From Lachnospiraceae bacterium (lineage in GTDB: Bacteria > Bacteroidota > Bacteroidia > Bacteroidales > Bacteroidaceae), in the NCBI GenBank assembly GCA_963654815.1, contig CAVKCP010000001.1, positions 11,954-75,953 of the forward strand: a stretch of DNA of 64,000 nucleotides, in the 5' to 3' direction. This document shows, one piece after another, positions 49,123 to 59,131 of this stretch. The notes beneath the pieces are model-generated. The model had not been told where the DNA came from and did not search any database. It was given only the letters and a program-made list of their open reading frames with translations. Position 1 is the first letter of the stretch; every line of letters starts with the position of its first letter. Both the position numbers and the translations under genes were made by a program.

Positions 49123-50304
49123 TTAATGGTTGCATTGCTTGTTTTTCAGTTTGTGGTAAGGCAGCAACGTTATAGCCGTTGCAATACATGCCGCTGCGCA
49201 CGCCGCTATGGTGTGGGCACCGCTTGCCTGGAGCGTGATGCCTGCCGTGATGCCTATGATTATGCCCGTGTCGCTTGCGAGGAAATAGGTGCTTTCTGCC
49301 GTACTGCGTTGGCAGTGTTGGCATTGTGAGAGCAGATGAAAAAGCAGTGTCGAGCATATCGTGCCAAGAGCGCCTCCCGTTATTACCGGAGCCAGATATT
49401 GTGCCGTGGCCGACAAATCGGCGGTGAGAATATGCGCCACTGCCAATGCGTATGCCGCGAGAGCCACTATCGGCACATAGCGAGCCTCTCTGAAAGTCTT
49501 GCTGCGCAGTGCAATGAGAGCGAGCAGAAATCCGGCAAGCGTCATAATATAGAAAGTCGCGTTTTCGCCCTTTGCGAATATCATTCCGAAAGGAATGGTG
49601 GCACAGGTTATGCCTATGAAATCTTGCCAGCCCTGCGTAAGGAAAAAACGGTCGGCTGACACTACACTGGTGTATTCCTCGGGTGCGCGGAACGGGAATT
49701 TCACGCTAACCACCAGTATGGCGGGGATTACTGCCAATGCCGCTGCGGTTGCAAAATACAATGTGGGTGTCATTGCCTTGCCGATGACGATATAAAGCAC
49801 GGGCCCTATTGCGAGTGCCATTCTGGCCACGGCCACCGACGCATAGTTGGCTTCGGTGCGGTGATGCGATTCGGTTTTGTCGATAATCAGTGTACAGGAT
49901 ATTACCCGTTTTGCAAGACCGAATGTCGCTCCGGCCAATGCAAACGCCGTTGCCGGAATAAGAATGCTTATGCTTGCATCGGTCTGAGCTGTTTTGCGGC
50001 AGATGAATGGGATACCGAATGTAAGAATGCCGAATGCCATTGCCGCCACGATAAACACCTTGTTGCGTCGGTAGCGTTGTATGAGCCAGTTGCTTATTGC
50101 CCCCGACAGACAAATGCCAAGGATTAGCGCTGTGAGGGCTAAGGCCGCGTTTTGTGGAGAAATTGCCGCCCACTTGCCGAGGGTGAGCGGGGTGAACGGC
50201 GTCACCATATAATAAGATGTGCACAGGAGCAACTCGGCGACAACGAGCATAAAGAAATCTTTATGCCACATCCGGGCGAAGGTGGGTGTGAATTGTGTGC
50301 TCAT
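49123..50304 (-). CDS. MFS-like transporter
   Basis: About 12 hydrophobic segments; WHKDF start and STYFL..D.G late motif. Confidence 0.75.
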   Translation of the reverse strand: MSTQFTPTFARMWHKDFFMLVVAELLLCTSYYMVTPFTPLTLGKWAAISPQNAALALTALILGICLSGAISNWLIQRYRRNKVFIVAAMAFGILTFGIPFICRKTAQTDASISILIPATAFALAGATFGLAKRVISCTLIIDKTESHHRTEANYASVAVARMALAIGPVLYIVIGKAMTPTLYFATAAALAVIPAILVVSVKFPFRAPEEYTSVVSADRFFLTQGWQDFIGITCATIPFGMIFAKGENATFYIMTLAGFLLALIALRSKTFREARYVPIVALAAYALAVAHILTADLSATAQYLAPVITGGALGTICSTLLFHLLSQCQHCQRSTAESTYFLASDTGIIIGITAGITLQASGAHTIAACAAACIATAITLLPYHKLKNKQCNH

Positions 50305-50325
50305 GGCCGCTCAGTGTCGTTGTCG

Positions 50326-51147
50326 TTAGTAAGATTCCTGTTCATTGGGGAAGTCAGTCGATTTTACATCGGCCACATATCTACCAATTGCTTCGGTCAT
50401 GATTGAATACAGGTCGGCGTATTTCCGCAGGAATTTGGGCTTGAAACCATTGTTCATGCCGAGCATGTCGGCATACACGAGCACCTGTCCGTCGGTTTTG
50501 TTGCCTGCCCCAATGCCTATTGTCGGGCAGTTCACTTCTCTTGTTATCTGTTCGGCCAATGCGGCGGGCACCTTCTCCAATACAATTGCGAAACATCCTG
50601 CACGGTCGAGTGCTTTTGCGTCGGCCAGCAGTTTGCGTGCCTCCTCCTCGTCTTTCGCGCGCAGTCCGTAGCCTCCGAATTTGTGCACGCTTTGTGGTGT
50701 GAGACCGAGATGTCCGCACACCGGTATGCCAGCACCAACCATTCGTGCCACCATGTCGGCTATTTCCGACCCGCCTTCAAGCTTCACGGCATCCACGCCA
50801 GTTTCTTTCATTATCCTCACCGCAGTTGCAATGCCGTCGGTTGGCGATGTCTGGTAGCTGCCGAAAGGCATGTCGCATATCACGAGAGCATGGTTTACGG
50901 CGCGCGCTACGGCTCGTGCATGGTAAATCATCTCGTCGACGGTTATTGGCAAGGTTGTGGCGTTGCCCGCCATCACGTTTGATGCCGAGTCGCCGATGAG
51001 TATTGAGTCTACGCCTCCCGCATCGACGATGGTTGCGGTGGTGAAGTCGTAGGCGGTGAGCATGCTTATTTTCTCGCCGTTCTTTTTCATCTCGAAAAAT
51101 CGTGGAACGGTAACTTTCTTCTTGTCTGTACTTAAATATCCTGCCAT
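50326..51147 (-). CDS. panB: 3-methyl-2-oxobutanoate hydroxymethyltransferase
   Basis: MLTAYD, LIGDS, DMPF, VKLEGG, HLGLTPQ and IGIGAG motifs; promoter TACTTTTG at 51212-51219 (minus). Confidence 0.97.
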   Translation of the reverse strand: MAGYLSTDKKKVTVPRFFEMKKNGEKISMLTAYDFTTATIVDAGGVDSILIGDSASNVMAGNATTLPITVDEMIYHARAVARAVNHALVICDMPFGSYQTSPTDGIATAVRIMKETGVDAVKLEGGSEIADMVARMVGAGIPVCGHLGLTPQSVHKFGGYGLRAKDEEEARKLLADAKALDRAGCFAIVLEKVPAALAEQITREVNCPTIGIGAGNKTDGQVLVYADMLGMNNGFKPKFLRKYADLYSIMTEAIGRYVADVKSTDFPNEQESY

Positions 51148-51259
51148 AATATGTAATGAAAATAGCGTCGTGCGGTTCACGTTTCATTCAAAGAAACTGC
51201 CGTAGACGCGGCAAAAGTACAAATAAAATCCGAGAAAAGACTTGTTTGCAGCCGTTTTT

Positions 51260-51337
51260 TGGTATGCTGTCGGTGTGGCCTAACCATTGGCTGCGCGTGC
51301 TTTGCCGCATTTTCAGCGGCCACCGACATCATGCCGA
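51260..51337. repeat. Imperfect inverted repeat between the divergent panB and feoB promoters
   Basis: TGGTATGCTGTCGGTGTGGCC / GGCCACCGACATCATGCCG. Confidence 0.6.
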
Positions 51338-51488
51338 GGAGCTATGCAGGGTCATCATTTTTAGGTATTCGTTGCGATAAGCATATATATGCCACCCTGT
51401 TGCAAATAATTATTAGTAATTTTGCATTAAAATAACGTGGTGGCTGTGCTGCCATGGTTGTTTTTCAACAAACAATACGCAATTGAAT

Positions 51489-54017
51489 ATGCATTTATCA
51501 GATCTCAAAACAGGTGAGCGTGGAGTCATCGTGAAGGTCACGGGGCAGGGCGGTTTCCGCAAACGCATCGTGGAGATGGGCTTCATAAAAGGCAAGGTGG
51601 TTGACGTTTTGCAGAATGCCCCTTTGCAAGACCCCGTGAAATACAAGATAATGGGCTATGAGGTGTCGCTTCGTCGGGCAGAGGCCGGCATGATAGAAGT
51701 GGTTTCCGAAGACGAGGCAAGGACTATGGATAGTGTTGCCCAACCCGATGCTAACGGCCGGATTGACTGTGACGACGCTGCCGCCGATATGGAAAAGAAA
51801 CTGCACGATGCCGCGCGCAAGAAGCGCCGGGTGATAAACGTGGCTCTTGTGGGCAACCCCAACTGTGGCAAGACATCGCTTTTCAATTTCGCGTCGGGAG
51901 CACACGAGCGCGTGGGCAACTATTCGGGCGTTACTGTCGATGCCAAGACTGGCCATGCCGAGTTTGAGGGCTACACGTTCAACATAGTCGATTTGCCGGG
52001 CACCTATTCGCTCTCGGCCTACTCGCCCGAAGAACTTTATGTGCGCAAGCAGATTATAGAGCACACGCCCGATGTCGTAATCAACGTGATTGACACGAGT
52101 AATCTTGAGCGCAACCTTTATCTCACCACGCAGCTTATCGACATGCACCTGCGCATGGTGTGTGCCCTCAACATGTTTGACGAGACCGAACGGCGCGGCG
52201 ACAACGTTGACTATGCCAAGCTAGGCACACTTTTCGGCGTGCCCATGGTGCCCACGGCCTTCACCACGGGGCGCGGCGTTGACCTTCTGTTCCACATCAT
52301 AATCAACCTTTACGAGGGTGCCGACTTCCTCGACGAGAAGGGCACTCTGCCGCCGGAGATAGCCGCCGAGATAAGCGAGTGGCACGCCAAATGGCGCGAT
52401 GTGGCCGACGACGACCACGACGAGGACTTTGCAAGCGGTGTGCATCCGCGCCGCAATGTGTTCAGACACATACACATAAACCACGGACCGTTCATCGAAG
52501 AGGGAATAGCAAAGATACAGACTCCGCTGAAACGGCTCGACAGTCTGCGCAACCACTATTCCACACGCTATCTCGCCATAAAGCTAATGGAAGGCGACAA
52601 AGATACCGAGCGGCTTATAAAGACCGAAGCTCCCGATGCCCAGGCTATTTTGAAGGTGCGCGACGAGGCCACGGCCGACGTGCTAAAATACACGGGCGAA
52701 GATGCCGAGACTGCCGTCATGGATGCCAAGTATGGCTTCATACACGGCGCATTGCAGGAAGCCGGCTACCGCACAGGCACAAAGAAAGACACCTATCAGG
52801 TGACACATGTCATCGACAACATCATAACCAACAAATATGTGGGCTTCCCCATATTCCTCGCGCTTATATGGCTCATGTTCGAGGCCACGTTCACCCTGGG
52901 GCAATATCCCATGGACTGGATTGATGCCGGGGTGGGGTGGATAGGCCAACTCGTGGCGCAGAACCTTGCCGACGGCCCGCTCAAAGACTTGCTCACCGAC
53001 GGTGTGATAGGCGGAGTGGGGGCGGTCATAGTGTTTCTTCCGCAGATTCTTATTCTCTATTTCTTTATATCCTATATGGAAGACTGCGGATATATGGCTC
53101 GCGCGGCATTCATCATGGACAAGCTTATGCACAAAATGGGGCTGCACGGCAAGTCGTTCATCCCGCTCATCATGGGCTTTGGCTGCAACGTTCCGGCCAT
53201 AATGGCCACGCGCACGATAGAGAGCCGCCGTAGCCGGCTCATCACCATGCTCATAATTCCGTTTATGAGCTGCTCGGCGCGCTTCCCCATCTACATTATG
53301 ATAATAGGCACGATGTTCGCGCAACAGTATCGCTCCACCGTGATGATGTCGCTCTATCTTGTCGGCATAGTCACCGCAGTGATAATGAGTCGCATCTTCA
53401 GCCGGTGGTTGTTTAAGGGCGAGGACACACCTTTCGTAATGGAGCTGCCGCCCTACCGCTTCCCTACGGCCAAGGCAATAGGCCGCCACACATGGGAGAA
53501 GGGCAAACAGTATCTCAAGAAAATGGGAGGCATAATACTCGTGGCCAGTGTCATAGTGTGGGCTTTGGGTTATTTCCCGCACAACGAGGCTCTCACCAAG
53601 CAGCAACAGCAGGAGCAAAGCTACATCGGACGCATAGGAAAGGCCATCGAACCGGTGTTCCGCGCCCAGGGCTTCGACTGGAAACTCGATGTTGGCATAG
53701 TGTCGGGCGTGGGCGCAAAGGAAATCGTGGCCTCTACAATGGGCATACTTTATTCTGGCGACGAGGAAGTGGCCGACGGCGGAGAAGACTCCTACGCACG
53801 CCTGCGCACACAAATGCAAGCCGACGGCATAACCTCGCTCACTGCCTATTGCTTCCTGCTTTTCGTGTTGCTCTATTTCCCCTGCATCGCAACTCTTGCC
53901 GCCGTGAAAGGCGAAACGGGTTCATGGAAATGGACGTTGTTCGTTGCTTTCTACACAACGGCACTTGCCTGGCTTGTTTCGGCATTGGTCTATCAGGTGG
54001 GAAGCATGCTGTTGTAA
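51489..54017 (+). CDS. feoB: Ferrous iron transporter, FeoA-FeoB fusion
   Basis: N-terminal FeoA SH3-like domain; GNPNCGKT, DLPG and NMFD G-motifs; GFGCNVPA, PFMSC and ELPPY membrane motifs; promoter TAATTTTG at 51417-51424. Confidence 0.96.
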   Translation: MHLSDLKTGERGVIVKVTGQGGFRKRIVEMGFIKGKVVDVLQNAPLQDPVKYKIMGYEVSLRRAEAGMIEVVSEDEARTMDSVAQPDANGRIDCDDAAADMEKKLHDAARKKRRVINVALVGNPNCGKTSLFNFASGAHERVGNYSGVTVDAKTGHAEFEGYTFNIVDLPGTYSLSAYSPEELYVRKQIIEHTPDVVINVIDTSNLERNLYLTTQLIDMHLRMVCALNMFDETERRGDNVDYAKLGTLFGVPMVPTAFTTGRGVDLLFHIIINLYEGADFLDEKGTLPPEIAAEISEWHAKWRDVADDDHDEDFASGVHPRRNVFRHIHINHGPFIEEGIAKIQTPLKRLDSLRNHYSTRYLAIKLMEGDKDTERLIKTEAPDAQAILKVRDEATADVLKYTGEDAETAVMDAKYGFIHGALQEAGYRTGTKKDTYQVTHVIDNIITNKYVGFPIFLALIWLMFEATFTLGQYPMDWIDAGVGWIGQLVAQNLADGPLKDLLTDGVIGGVGAVIVFLPQILILYFFISYMEDCGYMARAAFIMDKLMHKMGLHGKSFIPLIMGFGCNVPAIMATRTIESRRSRLITMLIIPFMSCSARFPIYIMIIGTMFAQQYRSTVMMSLYLVGIVTAVIMSRIFSRWLFKGEDTPFVMELPPYRFPTAKAIGRHTWEKGKQYLKKMGGIILVASVIVWALGYFPHNEALTKQQQQEQSYIGRIGKAIEPVFRAQGFDWKLDVGIVSGVGAKEIVASTMGILYSGDEEVADGGEDSYARLRTQMQADGITSLTAYCFLLFVLLYFPCIATLAAVKGETGSWKWTLFVAFYTTALAWLVSALVYQVGSMLL

Positions 54018-54047
54018 AGCCCGTTTTGCCTATATCGCCATAATGCC

Positions 54048-54113
54048 CCATGCGCATTGCAGGCGTGCATCGTTTGATGCACGATCGTGCAGCGTATGGG
54101 GCACATGCGTAAT
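54048..54113. repeat. Degenerate 22-bp tandem array, copy 5
   Basis: ccatgcgcatt gcaggcgtgca / tcgtttgatgc acgatcgtgca / gcgtatggggc acatgcgtaat. Confidence 0.65.
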
Positions 54114-54332
54114 TAATCCACAAGCTTTTGCAGATAACCCAACTTTTTGCTCTCTTTTTTATGACGTTCTTATCCGGAACAGAGGTAAAGTTCTGTAAAA
54201 AGTTTACTAGACACCAATTGTTTTTTGTATTTTTGCATACAACATTCTTCGCTTTCTTGCACAGAGTGTGATAGATTACAACAGACAGGCTCTTTAACAG
54301 AGCCAAAAATCGAAAAATGTCCGACCTATATT

Positions 54333-55574
54333 ATGCTTAAAGTTTTAATCAATGCTTATGCCTGTTCACCCGGAATGGGAAGCGAACCGGGAATGGCCTG
54401 GAACTGGGTGAGTCAACTTGCCCATTACTGCGAGTTGCACATCGTCACTGAGGGGGAATTTCGTGACAAGATAGAGACTGTTGTGCCTACTTTAGATCAG
54501 GACAGTAACATGCATTTCTACTATAACCCCGTGAGTGATAAGGTGAGAAAAATGTGCTGGAACCAAGGTGATTGGCGGTTTTATAAGCATTATCGCCGTT
54601 GGCAATGGAAAACATACCTCATGGCTAAGGAAATCTGCTCGAAAGAAAATATAGATGTGCTTCACCAACTCAACATGATTGGTTTCCGCGAACCGGGGTA
54701 TCTGTGGAAATTGTCAAAGGAATGTGGAGTACCGTTTGTTTTGGGACCTGTGGGGGGCTTGAAACAATTTCCATTGGCATATTTGCATGGTGCAGGTTGG
54801 AAAATGACTTTGTTTAACAGACTGAAGAATTTCTTGAACATTTGGCAACTGAAGCATGACAAACGTGTGGATGAGGCATTCAATATGGCTCAGGTTATCA
54901 TAAGCTCTATTCCAGATTCCTATCGTGCCATTAAAAAATATAAAGGACTGGAATCCGTCGTCATACCGGAAACCGGATGTTTCTTGTCTGAGGATATACC
55001 TCCAGAACGGTTTGATAGTGATGATTTTCATGTAATGTGGGTTGGCAAGTTTGATTTCCGTAAACAATTGCCTTTGGCACTACGGGCGGTGGCTGCTGCT
55101 GACAATCCACATATCATATTGGATGTTTTTGGGACTGGAACGAAGACGCAGACGGAAGAAGCAAAGGCACTGGCACAATATTTAGGCATTGACAATAGGG
55201 TGGTGTGGTATGGTAATCAGCCAAACAACGTCGTGATGGATGCAATGCGGCAATCGCAATTGTTTCTGTTTACCAGTGTCAGCGAAGATACCTCTACCGT
55301 TGTGCTGGAAGCAATAAGCAACCGCTTGCCGGTTGTGTGCTTTGATGCTTGCGGAATGGCAGCAGTCATAGATGAAAAGGTTGGGAGTAAAATACCACTT
55401 ACTTCTCCCTTGCAATCCATCCAAGATTTTGCCAAAGTATTGAATGATTTGGAGAATGACCGGAATTTGTTGAAGCAGATGTCGGAAAACTGCAAGCAGA
55501 GACAGTTGGAATTGTCGTGGGACGAGAAGGCCAAAACCATGTTGAAATGGTATGAAAAGATTGTAGATAAATGA
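54333..55574 (+). CDS. Glycosyltransferase family 4 (GT-B)
   Basis: AYACSP..GSEPG, VGKF..RK and E/D-x7-E-like EDTSTVVLEA motifs; start at MLKVLI. Confidence 0.9.
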   Translation: MLKVLINAYACSPGMGSEPGMAWNWVSQLAHYCELHIVTEGEFRDKIETVVPTLDQDSNMHFYYNPVSDKVRKMCWNQGDWRFYKHYRRWQWKTYLMAKEICSKENIDVLHQLNMIGFREPGYLWKLSKECGVPFVLGPVGGLKQFPLAYLHGAGWKMTLFNRLKNFLNIWQLKHDKRVDEAFNMAQVIISSIPDSYRAIKKYKGLESVVIPETGCFLSEDIPPERFDSDDFHVMWVGKFDFRKQLPLALRAVAAADNPHIILDVFGTGTKTQTEEAKALAQYLGIDNRVVWYGNQPNNVVMDAMRQSQLFLFTSVSEDTSTVVLEAISNRLPVVCFDACGMAAVIDEKVGSKIPLTSPLQSIQDFAKVLNDLENDRNLLKQMSENCKQRQLELSWDEKAKTMLKWYEKIVDK

Positions 55575-55610
55575 GAAGTGCGGTGCAAAAGTAAATAATG
55601 CGAAAGTTAT

Positions 55611-56597
55611 ATGAAAGACTTTGACCGTTTGTTTATCCGTTTCCGGCAATTCGGCGGTTGGCGGCTTATATGCCAGTATGCGCGTATGGGTGTGCTGCCG
55701 ACGGCTGCTGTGGCATTGGTGCGCTGCGTTATAAGAGGCAAGTCGCCGAAGGAGGTCTATCCAGAAGTAACGCGAAAGGTGGACGAGTTGATGGCCATGC
55801 GCTATTGGCCAATCTTGGAACGTTATGCCGACGGTGTGGCGCATGATGCTGAAATCGGTAATAAAGTGCATGATGTGCCCAAAATAATTTGGACAGCATG
55901 GCTTCAAGGCTTTGGAAATGCGCCCGAAATGGTGAAGGCGTGTCTTGAGTCGCAACGGACGCACCTGCGCGGTTATGATGTGCGTGTGCTCGATATTGAC
56001 AATTATCGGCAGTGGGTGGATTTGCCAGAAGATATTGTGAGTAAATACCGCAAGGGACGCATACCGCCAGCATCTTTCAGCGATTTGCTGCGCCTGGCCG
56101 TGCTGCGCAAGTATGGAGGCGTGTGGATGGATGCCACGGTCTACTGTTCGGGTTTCGGCAGCGAACCGCTGCAGGCCCGTTGGCAGCGCATCATGCAGAG
56201 CGAACTCACATTGTTCCGCTATTTCCGTAGAGGCGAAGCACAACCCGTAGGTCTGTCAACATGGTTTGTGGCTGCCGTGCCCGGTCAAAGAAACGTGTCG
56301 GCCGTGCTTGATATGCTCGTGGCTTATTGGCATGATTTCGACTGCTTGGTGGATTATTACATCATTCATCTTTTCATGGGGCTGTCACTGCAACGGTTTT
56401 CCGATGTGACACTAGCCATGCCACGGGAAAACAGCTTCCACAGTTTGTTGCTCGGCAATGCCTTGGCAAATGATTTCGATGAAAAGAAATGGAGCGAACT
56501 GGTGGCGCATGTGAGCATACATAAGCTCAACTACCGCAAAGTGGAAGAGGCGTTGCACAACAGAAACAGTTATTGTGCATATTTGCTGAACAAATAG
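55611..56597 (+). CDS. Capsular polysaccharide synthesis protein (Caps_synth / GT32-like)
   Basis: PKIIWTAWLQG, SDLLRLAVLRKYGGVWMDAT and HKL motifs. Confidence 0.88.
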   Translation: MKDFDRLFIRFRQFGGWRLICQYARMGVLPTAAVALVRCVIRGKSPKEVYPEVTRKVDELMAMRYWPILERYADGVAHDAEIGNKVHDVPKIIWTAWLQGFGNAPEMVKACLESQRTHLRGYDVRVLDIDNYRQWVDLPEDIVSKYRKGRIPPASFSDLLRLAVLRKYGGVWMDATVYCSGFGSEPLQARWQRIMQSELTLFRYFRRGEAQPVGLSTWFVAAVPGQRNVSAVLDMLVAYWHDFDCLVDYYIIHLFMGLSLQRFSDVTLAMPRENSFHSLLLGNALANDFDEKKWSELVAHVSIHKLNYRKVEEALHNRNSYCAYLLNK

Positions 56598-56604
56598 AAA
56601 TAAT

Positions 56605-56652
56605 AAAAAAACTCTGCAAGGTAGAGCATTTTTGCACCCTTGCGGAGTTTTT
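56605..56652. terminator. Bidirectional terminator between convergent genes
   Basis: AAAAAACTCTGCAAGG / CCTTGCGGAGTTTTT. Confidence 0.75.
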
Positions 56653-56659
56653 GTGCTTG

Positions 56660-57136
56660 TTAGAATTTTGCCATCTTTATGGCATCAATGGCACATTCAT
56701 CACCCTTGTTTCCGTATTTTCCGCCGCAACGGTCTTTTGCCTGTTGCAGGTCGTTGGTGGTGAGAAGACCATATATAATAGGTATCTCGCTTGTTGAATT
56801 GAGTCGTGCAATGCCGTAGGTGACGCCTTGGCAAATGTAATCGAAATGCGGAGTCTCTCCGCGTATCACGCTTCCAAGTATTATCACTGCGTCGTAGCCG
56901 CCGTGCAGCACCATTTGGTGGGCACCGTAAATAAGCTCAAAGCTGCCCGGGACGGTCTTTACATGTATGTTCTCGGGCAAAGCACCGTGCTTTTCGAGTG
57001 TTTTCACGGCTCCGTCGAGCAACGCCCCGGTTATTTCTGTGTTCCATTCTGCTACGACAATTCCGAAACACATGTTGCTTGCGTCGGGAATGTTGTTGGC
57101 ATCGTAGTCGGAAAGGTTGTGAAGTGCTGTGGCCAT
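56660..57136 (-). CDS. ribH: 6,7-dimethyl-8-ribityllumazine synthase
   Basis: [23 protein letters not shown] and NKG motifs. Confidence 0.97.
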   Translation of the reverse strand: MATALHNLSDYDANNIPDASNMCFGIVVAEWNTEITGALLDGAVKTLEKHGALPENIHVKTVPGSFELIYGAHQMVLHGGYDAVIILGSVIRGETPHFDYICQGVTYGIARLNSTSEIPIIYGLLTTNDLQQAKDRCGGKYGNKGDECAIDAIKMAKF

Positions 57137-57138
57137 GG

Positions 57139-57849
57139 TTATTCAGATACTCTTTCGATGTATTTGTCGATTTCCGAACTCTGTACCACAGAGGCGTTCA
57201 CATATTTCTTTTTGATGTCTTGGTAAACCTTGAGAGCCTCGGCTTTCTTGCCTTGGCTTTCGAGCAATTGTGCTGCCTGAATGCGGAATGTGGGCGCAAT
57301 GCTCATATTGGCACCGTCTTCTGCCTTGCTGTCTGCCATGTCGGCAGCCTTCTGCAATTTGCTTATGGCTTTGTCGATGTTGCCAGTATTGGCGTAGGCA
57401 TTGCCCAAAGCAGCCACTGCCGACGGGCTTACCATGGCATCGTTTTCGGGTGAGAACTTCTCAAGCTTGTCAATTGCTTCGTTCCATTTGCCGAGGTTTG
57501 CATAGCAAAGTCCGGCATACAGATTGGCAAGGTTGGCAGCATCGGTGCCGCTATAGTCGCTTGAAATCTTCAAGAAACCTGCATATCCTGCGCCGTCGCC
57601 GTTGAGAGCCTTGTCAAACTGCTCCATATTGAAATAGTCCTGACCTTTGGCAATGGCTGTGCTGGCCTTTTCTTCACGAGGACCGGAGACAAATGCCTTG
57701 TAGAGCAACAATCCTGCAACAACCACGATAATGGCTACAACCACTATCGCTATTTGCTTTTTGTACTTGTCGAAAATTGTTTCGGTCATGCTCACTGCCC
57801 CGTTGTGGCCGTAAGCTTTTGAATCCTTGATTGATGATGTATTTCCCAT
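57139..57849 (-). CDS. Membrane-anchored TPR protein (YfgM-like)
   Basis: Single N-terminal TM helix followed by TPR-like helical repeats; promoter TAATTTTG at 57932-57939 (minus). Confidence 0.8.
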   Translation of the reverse strand: MGNTSSIKDSKAYGHNGAVSMTETIFDKYKKQIAIVVVAIIVVVAGLLLYKAFVSGPREEKASTAIAKGQDYFNMEQFDKALNGDGAGYAGFLKISSDYSGTDAANLANLYAGLCYANLGKWNEAIDKLEKFSPENDAMVSPSAVAALGNAYANTGNIDKAISKLQKAADMADSKAEDGANMSIAPTFRIQAAQLLESQGKKAEALKVYQDIKKKYVNASVVQSSEIDKYIERVSE

Positions 57850-58175
57850 TATTGTTTTGTTTTTTATATTGCTTGTTTAAAATGTGCATGTCTTGTGCGT
57901 GCAATGGCTTGACGCGCACACAAATGCAGCGCAAAATTAGTTAATTTATCCCGTATATAGAAATTTATTCTATACTTTTTTATCATTCTCGTGTCTAATT
58001 GAAATGCCATGAAGACGGTTTTGTTGAATGATGTCGCTTTTTTGAATGTGAGGTGGCAATTAATTCCGTTTCTTTTTATTAACTTTGCATTTGCCAAAAC
58101 AATGCAAGCATGTGCTTTTCCTTCTTGATTTGAAAAAGCCTTGGAAACACTTGTGCCAAAAATAATTAACAAAAA

Positions 58176-59093
58176 ATGCCGTTAAGATTACCTGATAGAC
58201 TCCCGGCAATAGAGTTGCTGAAGAAAGAAAATATATTTGTAATTGACAATTCGCGTGCTACCACACAGGACATTCGTCCGTTGCGTATCGTCATACTCAA
58301 CCTTATGCCCATAAAGATAACGACTGAAACCGACCTCATCAGGTTGTTGTCGAACACGCCGTTGCAAATGGAAATATATTTCATGAAGCTCAAAAGCCAC
58401 ACATCGAAAAACACTCCGATAGAACACATGATGATGTTCTACAAGGATTTTGAGGTGATGCGCAACGAGAAATTCGACGGGATGATAATAACAGGCGCAC
58501 CCATTGAACTGCTTGATTATGAAGATGTGCAGTATTGGGATGAGGTGTCGGAAATATTCAAATGGGCCGACACCCATGTGACGAGCACAATGTATATATG
58601 CTGGGCGGCTCAGGCCGGACTGTATTATCATTACGGCATCCCGAAATATCCGCTTGAAAAGAAAATGTTCGGAATATTCAAGCAGCGTCCGCTTGATTTG
58701 CGGCAGCCTATATTCCGTGGCTTCGACGATGTGTTCAGTATGCCGCACAGCCGCCATACCGAAATAAGACGCGAAGATATATTGGCCGACAACCGATTGA
58801 CGTTGCTCGCCGAGTCGGACGAGAGCGGCGTGAGCATGGTTATGGCACGTGGCGGACGGCAGATATTCGTCACTGGGCATCTGGAATATGCACCAAACAC
58901 GCTCGACCAGGAATATCGGCGCGACAAGGGAAAACGCGATGATGTGGAAATGCCGAAGAATTATTATGTTGACGACGACCCGGAGAAACCGCCGTTGGTG
59001 ACATGGCGCGCACACGCCAATTTGCTGTTCAGCAATTGGATAAATTATTACATTTATCAGGAGACTCCATATAACATCGACGAAATAAAATAA
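58176..59093 (+). CDS. metA: Homoserine O-acyltransferase of the MetA family, probably acetyl-specific
   Basis: ILNLMP, ITGAPIE, ICWAAQA, PHSR and GHLEY motifs; promoter TAACTTTG at 58080-58087. Confidence 0.96.
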   Translation: MPLRLPDRLPAIELLKKENIFVIDNSRATTQDIRPLRIVILNLMPIKITTETDLIRLLSNTPLQMEIYFMKLKSHTSKNTPIEHMMMFYKDFEVMRNEKFDGMIITGAPIELLDYEDVQYWDEVSEIFKWADTHVTSTMYICWAAQAGLYYHYGIPKYPLEKKMFGIFKQRPLDLRQPIFRGFDDVFSMPHSRHTEIRREDILADNRLTLLAESDESGVSMVMARGGRQIFVTGHLEYAPNTLDQEYRRDKGKRDDVEMPKNYYVDDDPEKPPLVTWRAHANLLFSNWINYYIYQETPYNIDEIK

Positions 59094-59131
59094 CTGCCGT
59101 TAATATTAACAGTTCTTGGTCGGATGATAAA

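Noticed and set aside
1785..54113. The 22-bp arrays as mini-CRISPR arrays
   Set aside because: Units are directly adjacent and degenerate, with no unique spacers, no leader and no cas genes in the window.
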